Below, in pieces: positions 63,901-64,000 of a DNA stretch of 64,000 nt (position 1 is its first letter; every line of letters starts with the position of its first letter). The translations under genes were made by a program, and so were the position numbers. The stretch spans positions 57,784,001 to 57,848,000 of the forward strand of contig OX597828.1 in NCBI GenBank assembly GCA_951406725.2, read 5' to 3'. This DNA comes from Octopus vulgaris (Eukaryota). Below the pieces are notes generated by a model that saw only the letters and a program-made list of their open reading frames with translations, was not told the DNA's origin and did not search any database.

Positions 63901-64000
63901 TCTTATTAATTATTTTATAAATAATTGTTCTTTTTTTTCATCTTCTAATATTTCTTCTGGTATGTTTATCTTCACTATACCATCTAATTCTGTTATTGTA

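Larger units (their letters stand above)
59679..64000 (-). mobile_element. L1/Tx1-clade LINE; 3' end lost in the gap, 5' end probably beyond the window
   Basis: ORF1 with CCHC knuckle, then ORF2 with APE endonuclease and RT. Confidence 0.92.

Overview
AT-rich, microsatellite-dense eukaryotic DNA. The SINE families and repeat landscape suggest an octopus/coleoid cephalopod genome (inference). No host protein-coding gene can be supported, and most listed ORFs are translations of (TA)n/(CA)n/(GATA)n/(CATA)n tracts or SINE bodies. The window is a mosaic of mobile elements. (1) A young Penelope-like element (Neptune-type RT + C-terminal GIY-YIG) at 30290-35283, with near-identical ~775-bp inverted ends and an upstream 430-codon ORF overlapping the RT ORF in the -1 frame. 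(2) A Tx1/L1-type LINE (59679-64000, minus). (3) Fragments of CR1/L2, RTE and R4-like LINEs. (4) Many tRNA-derived SINE copies. (5) Tc1/mariner remnants, hAT MITEs and a Helitron-like element. The least obvious signal is about a dozen type I hammerhead ribozyme (HHR) motifs from several unrelated repeat families, mostly at Penelope-type 3' ends that point into (TA)n tracts. One family places a tRNA-derived Pol III promoter ~30 nt after a Penelope GIY-YIG stop codon and upstream of its HHR. Two short copies of that family begin at the tRNA head, which suggests a Penelope-mobilised, ribozyme-bearing SINE. All pairings and identities were read by eye; nothing was computed or searched.
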